From: Antechinus flavipes
Lineage: Eukaryota
Reading direction: 5' to 3'
Length of the DNA stretch: 64,000 bases
Assembly (NCBI RefSeq): GCF_016432865.1
Contig: NC_067400.1
Span: 414,594,001-414,658,000, forward strand
Made by a program: the position numbers and the translations under genes. The notes under the pieces are model-generated. The model saw nothing but the letters and a program-made list of their open reading frames with translations, had not been told where the DNA came from and made no database searches. Shown here one piece after another: positions 36,401 to 48,720 of the stretch; position 1 is the first letter of the stretch; every line of letters begins with the position of its first letter.

Positions 36401-39246
36401 TTTTGAAATTAAAAATTAAACTAGAAATAGTAAGAACGAACTGGGAAAAGAAAAAGAGACAAATGATTAGGAAGCGGAGACTGATCTGTACAAGGAGAAG
36501 AATGAAAATGTGGCCATATTGGGGAGCAAGTAATTATTTTGCTTATGAGTATTTAATGTAAGTATTGTTTTAGATCATATTTAGATAGGACAAAGTCATT
36601 AACATTAATAATAAATCAATATTGAGCCATAAATGAGATATGCACCCTACATTTATACGGAAAGCTCGCTCCCCAGTGCTATACTATGTTCCCGGGGAAA
36701 AATAAAGGAGTTGCTTTACAGTTAAATTAGCATTTGTAATCAAGGGGGCAGGTTGTCTCCTCGATTTCCTGTTTCAAGGAAAATAAGGAAGGAACCCCGT
36801 GCTGAGAGGAGACTTTTTTTTTTTTTTTTTTTTTTCCCCGACTGGGATTGCCGAGGATTCTAAACCCTAAATAGCCTCTAGTCTTCGGGGAAAGTTTCGA
36901 GGCTGCACCAATGTTGAGGCTGTCTTCCGGCCTTTCTCTCTCCCCAACTCCCTTCTCAATTCTCTATTCTTCGGGGTGAGAGCTCATGGCCAAGGGAAAG
37001 AAGGACTAAAGGGGAATTTAGGGAGCTCTTCAAAGGCACAATTACAAAGCGCAGGGGTGAGAGAAAATGATTTTCAAATATCCAGAAAGACCAAGGAGCA
37101 TGTCCTTTTTCAATCACAAAAAAGGAAGCAAGTCGGTTCATTTCTCCTCCAGATAGAAGGAGGATATTACCTCCTATCAATTATATTCAATATCCGTGAA
37201 AACAGGAAATATTTTCCTTTAGATTAAAAGAGATCATAGTTTTTTAATCTTCTTCTCCCTCCCCTCGACTTCTTTCCCTTAAGACATTCTGTAGGTCACT
37301 CGAATTTCTACATCTAATGTTCGACTTTGAGAGAGGCAATAATTCGTTAACTAGCTATGCTGTAGAATTCAGAAATCCGTACAGATCCTTTCTTTCTACC
37401 AGGCATCAAGCCAATGGAGCTAAACTCTTCTGGAATGGAAATTGGGAGAGTCTGCCTTGAACAGTAGCTGCCTCTCTGGCCGCAGTCACCCAGCCCAAGG
37501 CCAAGGAGCTTCTAGCCATCCAGATGGGTTGGCTGAGTCTCCAGTCTCACTGCCTTAATTCGTCTACCTTACTTGGAAGTCACTACCCAACTCTCAGTGT
37601 TCTTTCCGGGTCTTCTCGAATCACCCAGGGGTCAGAGAGCGAGCTCTGGGACACTCCGAGTCACGCTCCAACCCTTTCGAAACTACGGGTGGGGGGGTGG
37701 GGTTGTGCAGTTGGAGAACTGTGGGCAAGAAAGACAGAAACGATAGTTTTTGTCATACCCATTCCCCAGTCACCTCTCGGGCAGTTCTCTCAACAAAAGC
37801 CAGAGGCAGTCAGCCAGATGGAACCCCGATGTTTCTCGAGCAACAAGCCAACGTCTCGGATTTGCCCTCCTCGATCAAATTCGAAAGCTCCAGTTCCCGC
37901 CACCCTCTCGCCCTCTACTCCCAAGTGGAGTAGCCATGACCAGTAACAAGAGTCCTGAGGGACAAGTTGTCAAAGGCGGGAGAGGAAGGATATTCTAAGA
38001 AAAGGTTCACAAAACCCGATGGAGCAATTTAGATCACCTCTGTGCCTCCCTCTCCCTCCCGCAGCCAACCCAAGCTGTTTCCTTGAGCCAGGGTTAGAAA
38101 AAGGGCGTCCCCATTCCTCGCGCCTTTGACCAAGGGCCAGGAAGGATATGGAGGAGGGACTGGCAATAGGGGAATCACCCTAATGAACAGAGACGGCGGA
38201 ATGGCATTTATTACGGGAGATACTCGCTACGTTAACAATGAACTTCGGAGGGGGGTGGGGAGGGAAGATTCACTAGTCAATCCGGTTATACTGATAAAAT
38301 CCCAGTGGTCCGTTATATACTTCTGTCTGGATTAGCTCCTAGTAGATAGGCGCCCAGGAGGCCAACACCTCCCCTAAGGCTAAGATAATTTTCTCTTTCC
38401 TTCAGCACCTCCAAAGGGCAAGGCGTGAGGCCGGGTTCTTTGGGAGGGAGGAGAAGAGGAAAAACCGCTGAGGAAATCGACTGACTTTCCCCAAGGCTGC
38501 CCAGCAGATTCGAAAAGTTCACGGGAATTTTCCCACAAATATGAGATACTTTGTTTCCAAAACTCTCCCTAGAATTATATAGAACGCACATTTTCTTAAG
38601 AAGTTTCTGAAGATATTTTATTCCTCCTTTCTAGTTTTATTCAATTTAAATAGCCAACCTACCAGCTTAATTATCATCATAAGGTTTCAAGTTGTTTTTG
38701 GTTTCTTACTCTCACACCACAAATAAATTTCTCAAATCTAAGGATTTCTATATATTTAGTAAATTTGAATCTTATCTCATTTGATGGCGTCATAGTCAAT
38801 TCCGAACAAAAGCTCCATAATCTCTAGAAGGCTGAAGAAAAGAAAGGATGACGGGCTTTTATTTTCATCTCTTCATTTTCCTCTCAAGATTAAAACCATA
38901 TTTTCATCTATTTATAGAATTTTATAAACGACACCTATCTTTTAAAATATGCAAATATTGGTCTTTAAGATCTCTCCTGCGATCTATCAGGTTATAACAA
39001 AAATAATTCCTTTTTAACATTTCATTGCTTTGAAACCGTTAGACATTTCAAAAATTTTGTCCTCTGCTCACCGCCGTTCTCCTCCCCTCCATTAATAAAA
39101 TACTTGCATCTTATTATTACAAGATAAAGCAAATTTTTTATAAGAATACTGCTATTGTGGCGCTATCAATGAAAATTCTTATTACAGTATTTGGAAGAAA
39201 ATGTACTGCAGCAATCGAATCAAAATGAGATTTGTAGAACGTGAGC

Positions 39247-39260
39247 GCGCCCTCGTGTGG
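39247..39260 (-). promoter_or_regulatory. Candidate CTCF site between HOXD11 and HOXD10
   Basis: Minus strand CCACACGAGGGCGC, 12/14 match to core consensus. Confidence 0.55.
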
Positions 39261-40014
39261 CTTTCTCTCACAATGCAACCTGGAATTGGTTTCCTTCAAC
39301 ATTTTCCCTTCCAGGAACAAACTTGCTACATTTAAACCACGGAGCCGGGGAAAAAAACAGAAACAAACCACTGAGTAGTTTGGCATTTTGGAGTGATCAT
39401 ATAAGGGCATTGATTTTAGGAACCTTCCAATGTCAGGAACAAAGCCAAACATTCAAAAAGCTAATAATTCGATCGTGGGCTTTTCTCTCTAATTCACTCT
39501 TCTTCCCCTTCCCCCCAAGGGTTGAGAGGTTTTTCAAAAATGCATATAGAAATTCTATTAAATCCTGTGGTTTAATATTATTGAAGGTGCAATAATTTAT
39601 TTGACAGGGCGACAAATTGGTTTAAAATATAATGAAAGACTAACTGTCTGGAAATAACTTCCCCCTTTCAAATGGCTCCTTTTCCCCTCCAAGTACATTG
39701 TATCATTGGAGGAAAGATGATAGCGATCTAAATCCCTCAAAATAGTGTTTCATAACTGTACTGGAGATATTGTTCTGAGACATAATAGTCAAATAGGGCT
39801 TTGCAAAGAACTCTTGTCATTATATCTACAGAAATATTTGGAGGGAAATTAAGAGTATTGATCCTGAAATTAGGAATTTGTTTAGAGATTTATGGCCATT
39901 CGCCTGATATGATTCTCTGCAAAGTCATAAATGCGCGTGTGTGGGTGAATGTGTGTGATAGTGGGTGGTGGTTGAAAATAACAGAAGAACCTTAGGGCGC
40001 CTAATTATTCAGAA

Positions 40015-40058
40015 AGGTTAAAGGTGATGACCTTGACATTTTGGAAGTTCAAAGGCAT
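40015..40058. promoter_or_regulatory. Nuclear-receptor half-site cluster 3' of HOXD11 (candidate region IX)
   Basis: AGGTTA-A-AGGTGA-TGACCT-TGACAT...AGTTCA-A-AGGCAT. Confidence 0.55.
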
Positions 40059-41591
40059 ACACTTATGTTTTTGCTTCTTGCAAAAGACTTTGCCCTTTTA
40101 ATTTTATTTTTCCTTTAGAGATAGCGTTCTCGGCTATCTTTTAGTAGGTTTTAGTGCTGTTGTGGATTCATTTTTCGACTTTGGGCTTATAAGAAGCCAG
40201 AGTCATAAGATTTACTTTGTCTTTAAAAAAAAAAAAAAAAAAAAGACAACCCTTTCTCACTCATTTTATTGCACATTGCGGAAATTTTTTTTTTTTTGGC
40301 CCACCAGAAGGTGTATAATATAACCCAATTAAGCTGTTTAGAACTTCGGTTTTTATGGTGTTGTCTAGACAGTTCAAGGTTTTGTAAACAGCTTAGCCAG
40401 GTCACGCAACATAAAGTGCAGAGAAGACCTCAGTTACATTCTTTCACTTTACGAAATAAAGGCTAGGAGATCTTTAGCACTGGGCTATGAGCAGGGGATT
40501 ATCTTTGTCTACTTACTTTATCCTGCCTGAGAAATAAGCAAAACTACTTTACAGAGAGCACGATATTTCTTGAACTTTTTAGGGTGGTGACTTTAATTTT
40601 TTAAGGGATCCTTGTTTCCTTGAAACTATCAAAAGGATCTAGAGTGAATTTGCATTTCTCGTACATCTACCAAAAAAATGGGGATAGAGGGTTCTGTTTT
40701 CCGAAATTCCAAATTTCCCAAGCTGGAGGAACGAATTATTAGCTCTTTAGAAATCCCTGCCGCCTGTCCCATCACCTCTGATAGAAGGCAGAAAGCCATC
40801 TTTGGTGTCTCACACCCTGAAGGGATTAACTCTGAAAGTTACATAGAAAAAGAATCCAGCTGGGGATAGAAAGCAACCCTGATTTTAACTCAGCTGCAAA
40901 TGTTCTTCTTCCATTTTGGCTGGGGGATGGGGGTAAGGGGTTCCTGCCAGTTCTCTTTGCTCCCTCAAATGTCCTGTTCAGACGCTAAAGTTCTTCAAAG
41001 AGGAAAATTCATACAGTGCATTGAGGATGGAACCTTCGTTTTACTAGAAACCATTTATTCACATGAAAAAGACAGTGGCCCATGCGTTTATATGACAGTG
41101 GAAACTTAAGAGAGAGACCGAAGGTACATTTCCCAGAGTTTAAATAATCGCCATTCTTTTAGTGAAAGGAAACAGTTGACTCTAAGCTCAGAACAAAACA
41201 CCTTAAAGCAACACGGCCAAACGCACTACAGGTCCATCTGCATCACCACGAAGACTTAGGGAGGGGAGAGGGGAGACCAAAAAAAAATAATAATAATAAT
41301 AAAACCCAAAAAACACTTTGGTGGTAAAATTGTAAACGGATGTTTGGATTTACCATTTTCCCCTTATTAGGAATCCGATCCGCCAAGACACCGGCATCTT
41401 CTGCAGACATTGATCGCTGGGAAGTAACCGACTTGATCGAGTTGAATGTGGAAATGAAGCTTGGAGTTCCGAAGGGAAGATGAGTCATGTAAACCCAATG
41501 ACTTTTTGCCTCCGGCGGGTAGGCTGAATGAGGGGAGGAGGAGTGTGAGTATGAGTGAGACTTGGGGGAGGGGGATAAATTTCTTGATCTT

Positions 41592-41827
41592 TCAGAATAA
41601 GGGATTCCCAGTGAAATATTGGAGTCGATCTCTGTTCAGTTTCTTTTCTTTCATTCTTCGATTCTGGAACCAGATTTTGACTTGTCGGTCAGTGAGGTTG
41701 AGCATTCGAGATAGTTGTAGTCTTTTCTCTTTGTTTATATACACGTTGAAGAAAAATTCCCGTTCCAGTTCTCGGATCTGGTATTTGGTGTAGGGGCACC
41801 TCTTTTTCCTCGATCTCTGGGGGACCA
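41592..41827 (-). CDS. HOXD11: HOXD11 exon 2 (homeodomain)
   Basis: Acceptor cccttcctttcag, then (V)[77 protein letters not shown]. Confidence 0.98.
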
Positions 41828-42634
41828 CTGAAAGGAAGGGGGAAAAAAGACTGGAGGACTAAGTTGAGACCACCCAGCGTTCTCCTTCTCTACCCAGACC
41901 CAGACCGCAACTTCGAGCTCTCTTGTACTTGGCCAACTTGTGCACTGGCCTCTGGTTAGTCCCTCTACTAGGGGAAAGGGACCAGGGCAGGACACTGGAC
42001 TCCTCTTCTATAGCTTGTGACATCCCCTCATTCTCCTGAAAAGACCTTGTGTCTCTATAGAAATGATATATGAGCCGGCAGAAATTAGAGTGCAGACTTG
42101 TGTAGATCAAATAGGTGTATGCGTAGATATATATATACACATGCATATGGAGGGACATATATTTACATATGTATATATGTACACATATATGCACGTGGAG
42201 AAAAAGCTGTTTGGATCTCTGAGCCTTTCCTTCAGTTGCTTGGATAAGGTCCAGTTTAATGATCAACCTCCCCCCTTCCTTCCTCCACTTAAAAGAAACG
42301 AAGATGGAGCGAAGATGCCATTAATGACCCTGCTAGCAACTGTTGCAAGAAATCTTTCTCTCTTCACCAGCCCCCCGTCCCCCCAAACAAAATCCTCTTT
42401 GCAACAATTAATATCCTCCTCGAAGAATACCTTAAGCCCACCTAAATTGGTTTCCTATCGTAAACACACTTTACTACGGGTAGAGAAATCTTATAGGATA
42501 TATAAACTCCTACGAATGCTTATAAAATGGCACATAAAACGTCGGCTGCCAGAGGGTGGGCCCGGCTCGGCTGCACCCCCCCCCCTCCAGCCTCCTCCCC
42601 AACCCTCCTCCTTCCCCCCAATCCAGGTCCCTAC

Positions 42635-43316
42635 CTGCGCCTGCACTCTTCTCCGCCCCCGTCTCCCCTGGGGGGGCTTCGCCACTGGAGCCGCTCTCCG
42701 CTGCCCCTTTGGGCTCCTGCCCTGAGGGGGCTTTGCCGCAGGGACTCGCGGTGCCCGGAGACTTCAGGCCGCTCTTCTCAGTGTCCCCCTCGGGCTCGCC
42801 GCTGGACTGAGGCGGCTGCTGTTGCTGTTGCTGCTGAGGCTGCTGAGGTTGCTGCTGCTGCTGCTGCTGGTACGCGGGTCCAGGCGCCGCCTCGTAAAAC
42901 TGGTCGAAGCCCTGGGGCAGGATCCCATTGCGCCCCACGGTGCTATAGAAGTTGGAGGCGGCGCTCGAGGGGCCGTGAGGACCGCATACGGGTTCGGCAG
43001 CCTTGAAGAGCATATCAGGCCTCCGACTCCCGGGCGGCAGCAAGTCCCTATGCATCACCTCCTCCGCCGCGTAATAGGGAGCGTAACTGCCCCGGTATTG
43101 CCATTTACCACGCTCCAAACCGTAGTCGCGGAACGCCACTTCGCGCACCGGTTGGACGTGAGGCAGGTTGGAGGAGTAGGGAAAAGTCATTTGACAAGAC
43201 GACGTCTGCGACAGAAACGAGGGCTTGCTGGAGAAATCCGAGGGGGCCACGTAATAAGCGCAGCCCGGCAGATACATATTGGCTGCGCTGGGGCTGCAGT
43301 CGTCAAACTCGGTCAT
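42635..43316 (-). CDS. HOXD11: HOXD11 exon 1 (spliced protein 305 aa)
   Basis: [28 protein letters not shown]...[12 protein letters not shown]...[15 protein letters not shown]; donor G|GTAGGG; 682 nt, phase 1. Confidence 0.97.
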
Positions 43317-43448
43317 GTCTTCCTCTGGGCGATGGTGAGCGACCGGGAGATTTCCGTGCCTTGAACAAGATCCATCTATTGCACAAGAGGCTTTGGACAG
43401 GATCAACTAAGAAAAAATCCCCACCGTGTGCTGACGTGCAATTCATCT

Positions 43449-43481
43449 TGATTGATTCTGGTGGTAATTATGTCACGTGAC
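43449..43481. promoter_or_regulatory. HOXD11 promoter: PBX-type TGATTGAT (43449-43456) and palindromic GTCACGTGAC (43472-43481)
   Basis: Exact motif matches 133-165 bp upstream of the ATG. Confidence 0.6.
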
Positions 43482-45465
43482 TCCATGGAGAAATGTCCTT
43501 ATATCTATATCAGTCTTTCACCAAGACTTCCCGGGATCTCTCCTGGCGCCGAGGCAGGCACACATTTGGGGGGGAAGGGGGGGAGTTCCAGGGGGGGAGG
43601 AGGGGACGGTTTTCTCCGCCCAGCCCTGGGAGGCGAGGAGGCATAGGTAGATCCGGAGGCGAATCACCTGAGCGCCGGCGCCTATTCTGGGCTCTGTCTT
43701 CACATTGCTAGAGAGACAGCTGGGTGCATCTGCAGTCAGCCTCTACCCCCCTCAGCCTCAGCCGCCCGGGTTCCCTCCTTCCCTGCTCTGCTTTAAATAT
43801 GCGGGGGTAAGAGGAGGAGAAAAGTCCGGAGGAAGCGTAAAAACGAGGTGTGAAGGTGTGAGACTCTCAAATCTCTCTTTAAAAACAACAACAAAAACAA
43901 AACAAAACCAAAAAACCCCAAAACCAAAGCAACCCCTACCCCCGCCCAGCGTCCCTCACCCCCAGTGACCACCACCCCTTTCACAGTTTCACTCAAAGCT
44001 TGTTGCTTCTTGTTTAAGGGGCGTAACTGAGGAGCAACTTACTGAAGCAAGAAAAGCCCTGATTTACATGTTAAGTCTGTTCTGCGAATTCTCTTCAGTC
44101 ATAAGACCTCCACTAGCCACCACACAAAGGTTAGAAATAAAGCAAGGGCCAGCCTGCCCTTTCAATATATCGCACCGTGGAACTCGAACTAGTATCTACC
44201 CACTACTTCACTCTGCTCTGTCTCTCTGACTTTCTGTCTGATTTTCTTTGTGTCTTTCTGTCTCTATCCCTATCTCTGTATCTGTCTCTCACACTCAAGC
44301 GCGCACGAGCACACATACACATACATACACATCCCACCACCACCTCCACCTCCACCACCCTGTACACCAGCGCTCTAATGCAAAGGGTGGTTGCTCAAAC
44401 AAACCCGCCAAAAGTGCTTCTCTGACTCTGATGGTTTTGGAACCTAGACGTTCTAAAGTTCAGAAGGAACAAAGGAATGAGGAGTCCCAACTCATAAGGT
44501 GAAGACACTTAGGTTTTCACCCCGATTACTCAAGCCCCCAAATTAAACCTCAAGTCATCTTTTCCTACCTCTCCCGCTTCCTTTCGGGGGGGACACATCC
44601 AGGGCCTTCTCAATATTCTCAGACTTATGCCAACCCGCATAAATTCTGGGTTGGGAGGCTCTTTGGAAATCAATATTCACGTTCTATCGTCAAAATCTCC
44701 CCCCACCCTGAACCTCGTTACCTAGCCTTGGAAACCATTATTCACTCTGGGAGCCTGGGCCCAAACCTCTTGGTCGAGGGTCGATAGAATTGTAGCCCTG
44801 TGCTCTTGCAGCAAAAGCAGAAGTGCTTTCTAATTGCCACCCCAGCGTTTCTGATCACTTAGTTTTTTCTTCAGAAGGCTGGAGCTGGATTTGCTCGGCC
44901 CAGAGACCACTCTGTCCTTCGTACATGAGCTTCACCTCTTAGGNNNNNNNNNNNNNNNNNNNNNNNNNNNNNNNNNNNNNNNNNNNNNNNNNNNNNNNNN
45001 NNNNNNNNNNNNNNNNNNNNNNNNNNNNNNNNNNNNNNNNNNNNNNNNNNNNNNNNNNNNNNNNNNNNNNNNNNNNNNNNNNNNNNNNNNNNNNAAGAGG
45101 AACTGGGTGGCAGGAGAGAAACTTCTGACTGGGGATCTCCTCTCTCCACCTGATCTCACCCCAAAACGCTGAGGCCTTAAAACTCCGGTAAACGCGGCGG
45201 GGAGTGGGCAGCAGCTCCTGGGAACTCACGGAGCTGGCCTCAGTACCCATCATCTCTTCTGCCCACTATACTGAGAGCCAAGGAGTTAAGAGGTGGTCGA
45301 AGCTCATATCTCATTTCTAGCCGATATCTCTCTCTTCCCCACCCCTCTGTTCCCTCCTTCCATATTCTTTCCTCCCCGCCCCCTCCTCCCTCCTTTCCAC
45401 ACACTGCGCAAACAGGTCGAAGGAGAGTGAGGCTGGAGGGCATAGTGTCCTCCCCCGAGGCAGAG

Positions 45466-45479
45466 CCGCCCCCTGGGGG
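45466..45479 (-). promoter_or_regulatory. Candidate CTCF site upstream of HOXD11
   Basis: Minus strand CCCCCAGGGGGCGG; GC-rich context lowers specificity. Confidence 0.45.
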
Positions 45480-46479
45480 TGTCTCTGCGGTATCCCCCTC
45501 CCCTCCCCGACAGCTCCCACCCAAGTCTTCCTCTGCCCGCCTCTTCTCTCTACCGTCCCTCCCCCTCCAATCTTCCTAAACTCAGACCCCCCCTTCAGAG
45601 AAGGTAGTGATCTCCCCTATTTTTTAGCCTCGTCCCAAACCTTCCCTTCTTTGGACTCTTTTGCTGCATCCCCGACCTAGTTCCTAAAATGGCTCTCCAG
45701 ATATTCGGCAACCGAATAACAGCGAACTCTGAGTCCAGGGCGGTTTCTCCGGGGATTCTAGGAGATTCCTTTCTGACTGTGAGAAATCTAACCTCGGGTC
45801 CCCAGCTTCTCTGTGAATTCCTCTGGTTGGGATATAGGGATCCCGAGCTTTAATTTGAACACTCCAGGTGTCTTATTCCATCACTCTCCCTTTCCCTTCG
45901 CCTCCAAAATAGAAAGGTCGCTGAGCATCGCGGGAAAAAAAAAAAAAATTCGACAAGAGCGAGCAACTCAAGTTCAACGACATGGCGACACTGGGATTAG
46001 TTGAAACCCGTGTTTTAGGCGAGGAGGGTGCGCCATCTGCAAAGGCTGGCATAAGGGAAAGGAGAGGTGGTGGGATCACACTCGTCCTCCCTAACATAGA
46101 GCACCCCATGGCATCCGTTAGAGGGGTGCAATCCACCTCGAGCTTCACCTTTCATAGTATTATTTCTCTGGTTTTCTCTCTCGGAAGCCCCCCAGCTCCC
46201 CAATCTCTAAGCGAGGGGACCACCACAGCTGCCGCAGTCCCTCTCCCTGCCTCAGGCCCTCACAGCAACCCCCTTGTAAAATCCACTGCTTTCTAACAGA
46301 TGCGAATCGCGGACCATACCGTGAGGATCCTGGTTTCCTTGGCTGCGAATCCGCGGGAATCGACTGCATCCTAATCCAACTGGCATGTCCGCTAGCCCTC
46401 GGGGCGAATCAAGGCTTCCCGCAGTTCTCGCAGAGCCGACGGTCTCTCTTTTCTTCCTGGACAAGATGCGGTATTTTTG

Positions 46480-46680
46480 TGCCACCCAAGATAAGACACT
46501 AACTTGACCTTAACTTTGTTATGGCGCCCCTAGTATCTGGAGAACGTGAACAGACACTGTCTGGCAGCTCTCGTAAAAACTGACTGGGGAAGAGATTCTG
46601 AGTCATTTCATTTATTGCCACTACAGTTCTGCAAGAAAGCTTTTCCTCACTGCCAAACTTTAATTATTTATGCTCTTTTA
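46480..46680. promoter_or_regulatory. Motif-dense element between HOXD12 and HOXD11 (candidate region X)
   Basis: TGACCT 46505, CTCGTAAAA 46570, TGAGTCA 46599, TTTATTG 46611. Confidence 0.45.
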
Positions 46681-48689
46681 GGAAACGAAAAAAGAAGATG
46701 AAGAGAGAAAAGCATCCAAAGCCGTTTAAATCCATTTTTGTGCTTTTGGAATTGTTTATTGAGTTAAACGAGGGGAAGAGACAATATTTGGTGCAAAGAT
46801 AATCTTTTATGTCAACTGGTTTTCTATCTGAATGCAAATATGTTTATATATGCTGTTTCCTCCATCTTCCCCTCCCCCCACATCAATTATTTTAGATCAG
46901 CTTTGACTAGCCCCGAGTTTTTGTGACTGGGTGCCCATCTCCCAGAGGAAAGACTTTCTGATATTAATATTTACTTGCTTTAAGCATTGGGATCCACTAC
47001 TTTACACACAGTCTAAACCCGATATCTATTTATGTCAAGCGGCCATAGTTTCGAGTTGGAGGGATTAAAGAGTGCTGGTTTGTTTATTTCTTGGTTTGTT
47101 CTCAACCTCTTTAGAGATACTAATCCTTTCTCCGAGTCCTGAAGCCGCTCGGTGGGTTTTTTAGGATGATACTTACTAAAAAAAATAATCTGCCTTTAAA
47201 AAAAATTAAATTAAAACAAAACAAAAAGACGCCAAAATTTCTAAGGAGGGAGTTTTTCATCGTGTTTGGGAAAAGATTAAAAGCCAGATTGGCCTCATTT
47301 ATCAGATTTCATTTGGCAATCTTTTGTTTATTATTATTATTATTTATTTGAAATTTGTTCCAGGCTTACGGAGAGTGAGTATCCAAGACTGAAGAGAGGA
47401 CAGTTTTGTGGACTTCGCTGAGAAAAAGAGATTTGAAAACGCACACTCACACCCATACCCACACAAAGAAAGAAATCCAAACCAGACAAAAGCCGGGCTT
47501 TGCATTTAGAATTGTTTCAAACACCGTTTGAGGTGGGGTATGTGTGTGTGGACTTGTGGAATTCCACAAGATGTGTATTTTCAGTGTCTTTTCACACATG
47601 CACACATCCCTCAAGAATCTAAGAGGAAGCTGTTTTAATTTTGGAAATTATTACCCCCCCCCCTTCCTTCAGGAAGAGGTCCTTGTTAGCTACGGGACTA
47701 AGATTAGAATAAATCCATGTTTCCATGTCTTTTCACAAGTGCTCTCTCTCTCTAAACTCAGTACATTATTGTCTGCTTCTGTCTTTGTTCATTTGCTCTC
47801 CTTGTAGGAAACCAAATAATACAGACAAGGAGTAATTGGACGCTTGCCTCTTCTTGAGCGCTCTCATTTGGCCTTTATTTTTGCACTATGAAAATATTCC
47901 TGAACCGGGTTTCCTTCAGCCATTTTTCTTCGACATTGTGCACACAGAAAAGAAAATAGTTTTTAGATATATCAAATGAACTTAAGAAGGAAGTGGGAAT
48001 GGGAGTCTGCAATTTATGTCTTCCATAACAGGAACGCTTGATTTTGCTAATCTGTTCTCTTGTTAATATATCATTTCTATGTTCTCCCCGAGCCTCAGGA
48101 CAAAGTAACACAGAATTGGGTGTGATGGTACGTTAATCTCCGTCAGGATTTAGATATTCAAAATGTTTTTCCTATTCAGGCTGCGGCTAAGAGTTCAGTC
48201 CCCTTTTCCCCAATGTAAATCTTATGATCTCCTCTCCCCCCTCACCCCCCCCCCCATTATTGGGAATGTATATTGTAGCAGAATATGCCAGTCAAGCTTA
48301 GCTTTGTGGCCTGCCATTGTTAGAGAACAGCTTTGCAAGGGGTCGGGTTCAGAAGTTTCTTATCCAAATCCGAACCATATTAGAGGATAGGAAGCCCATC
48401 TCTGGGTCCCTCTGGCACCAAAGTGACCAGTAAACATTCAAGAAAAGTCTAAGATTATTCTATTTATGTATCTAAATATCCTGATGTTCTTCCTTTGTCT
48501 AGATACGCTAAAAAGCTGTATGCGATTTCCCTCCTATTGACATTTAATATTCATCTTAATATATAGTTTCACCAATGGCTTGGAAACCATTTTCACGTTC
48601 AGTGAATAATAAACACCCGCCTCCAAACCATACCCAAAGAATGAGTCCATGAGTCTGAAAAATATTAAAAGGGAATCAAAATCCGTTCG

Positions 48690-48720
<31 letters not shown>

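Noticed and set aside
43317-43406. 30-codon in-frame TTG-initiated HOXD11 extension (and the 3-codon TTG extension of HOXD12)
   Set aside because: ORF-finder alternative starts; homology begins at the ATG
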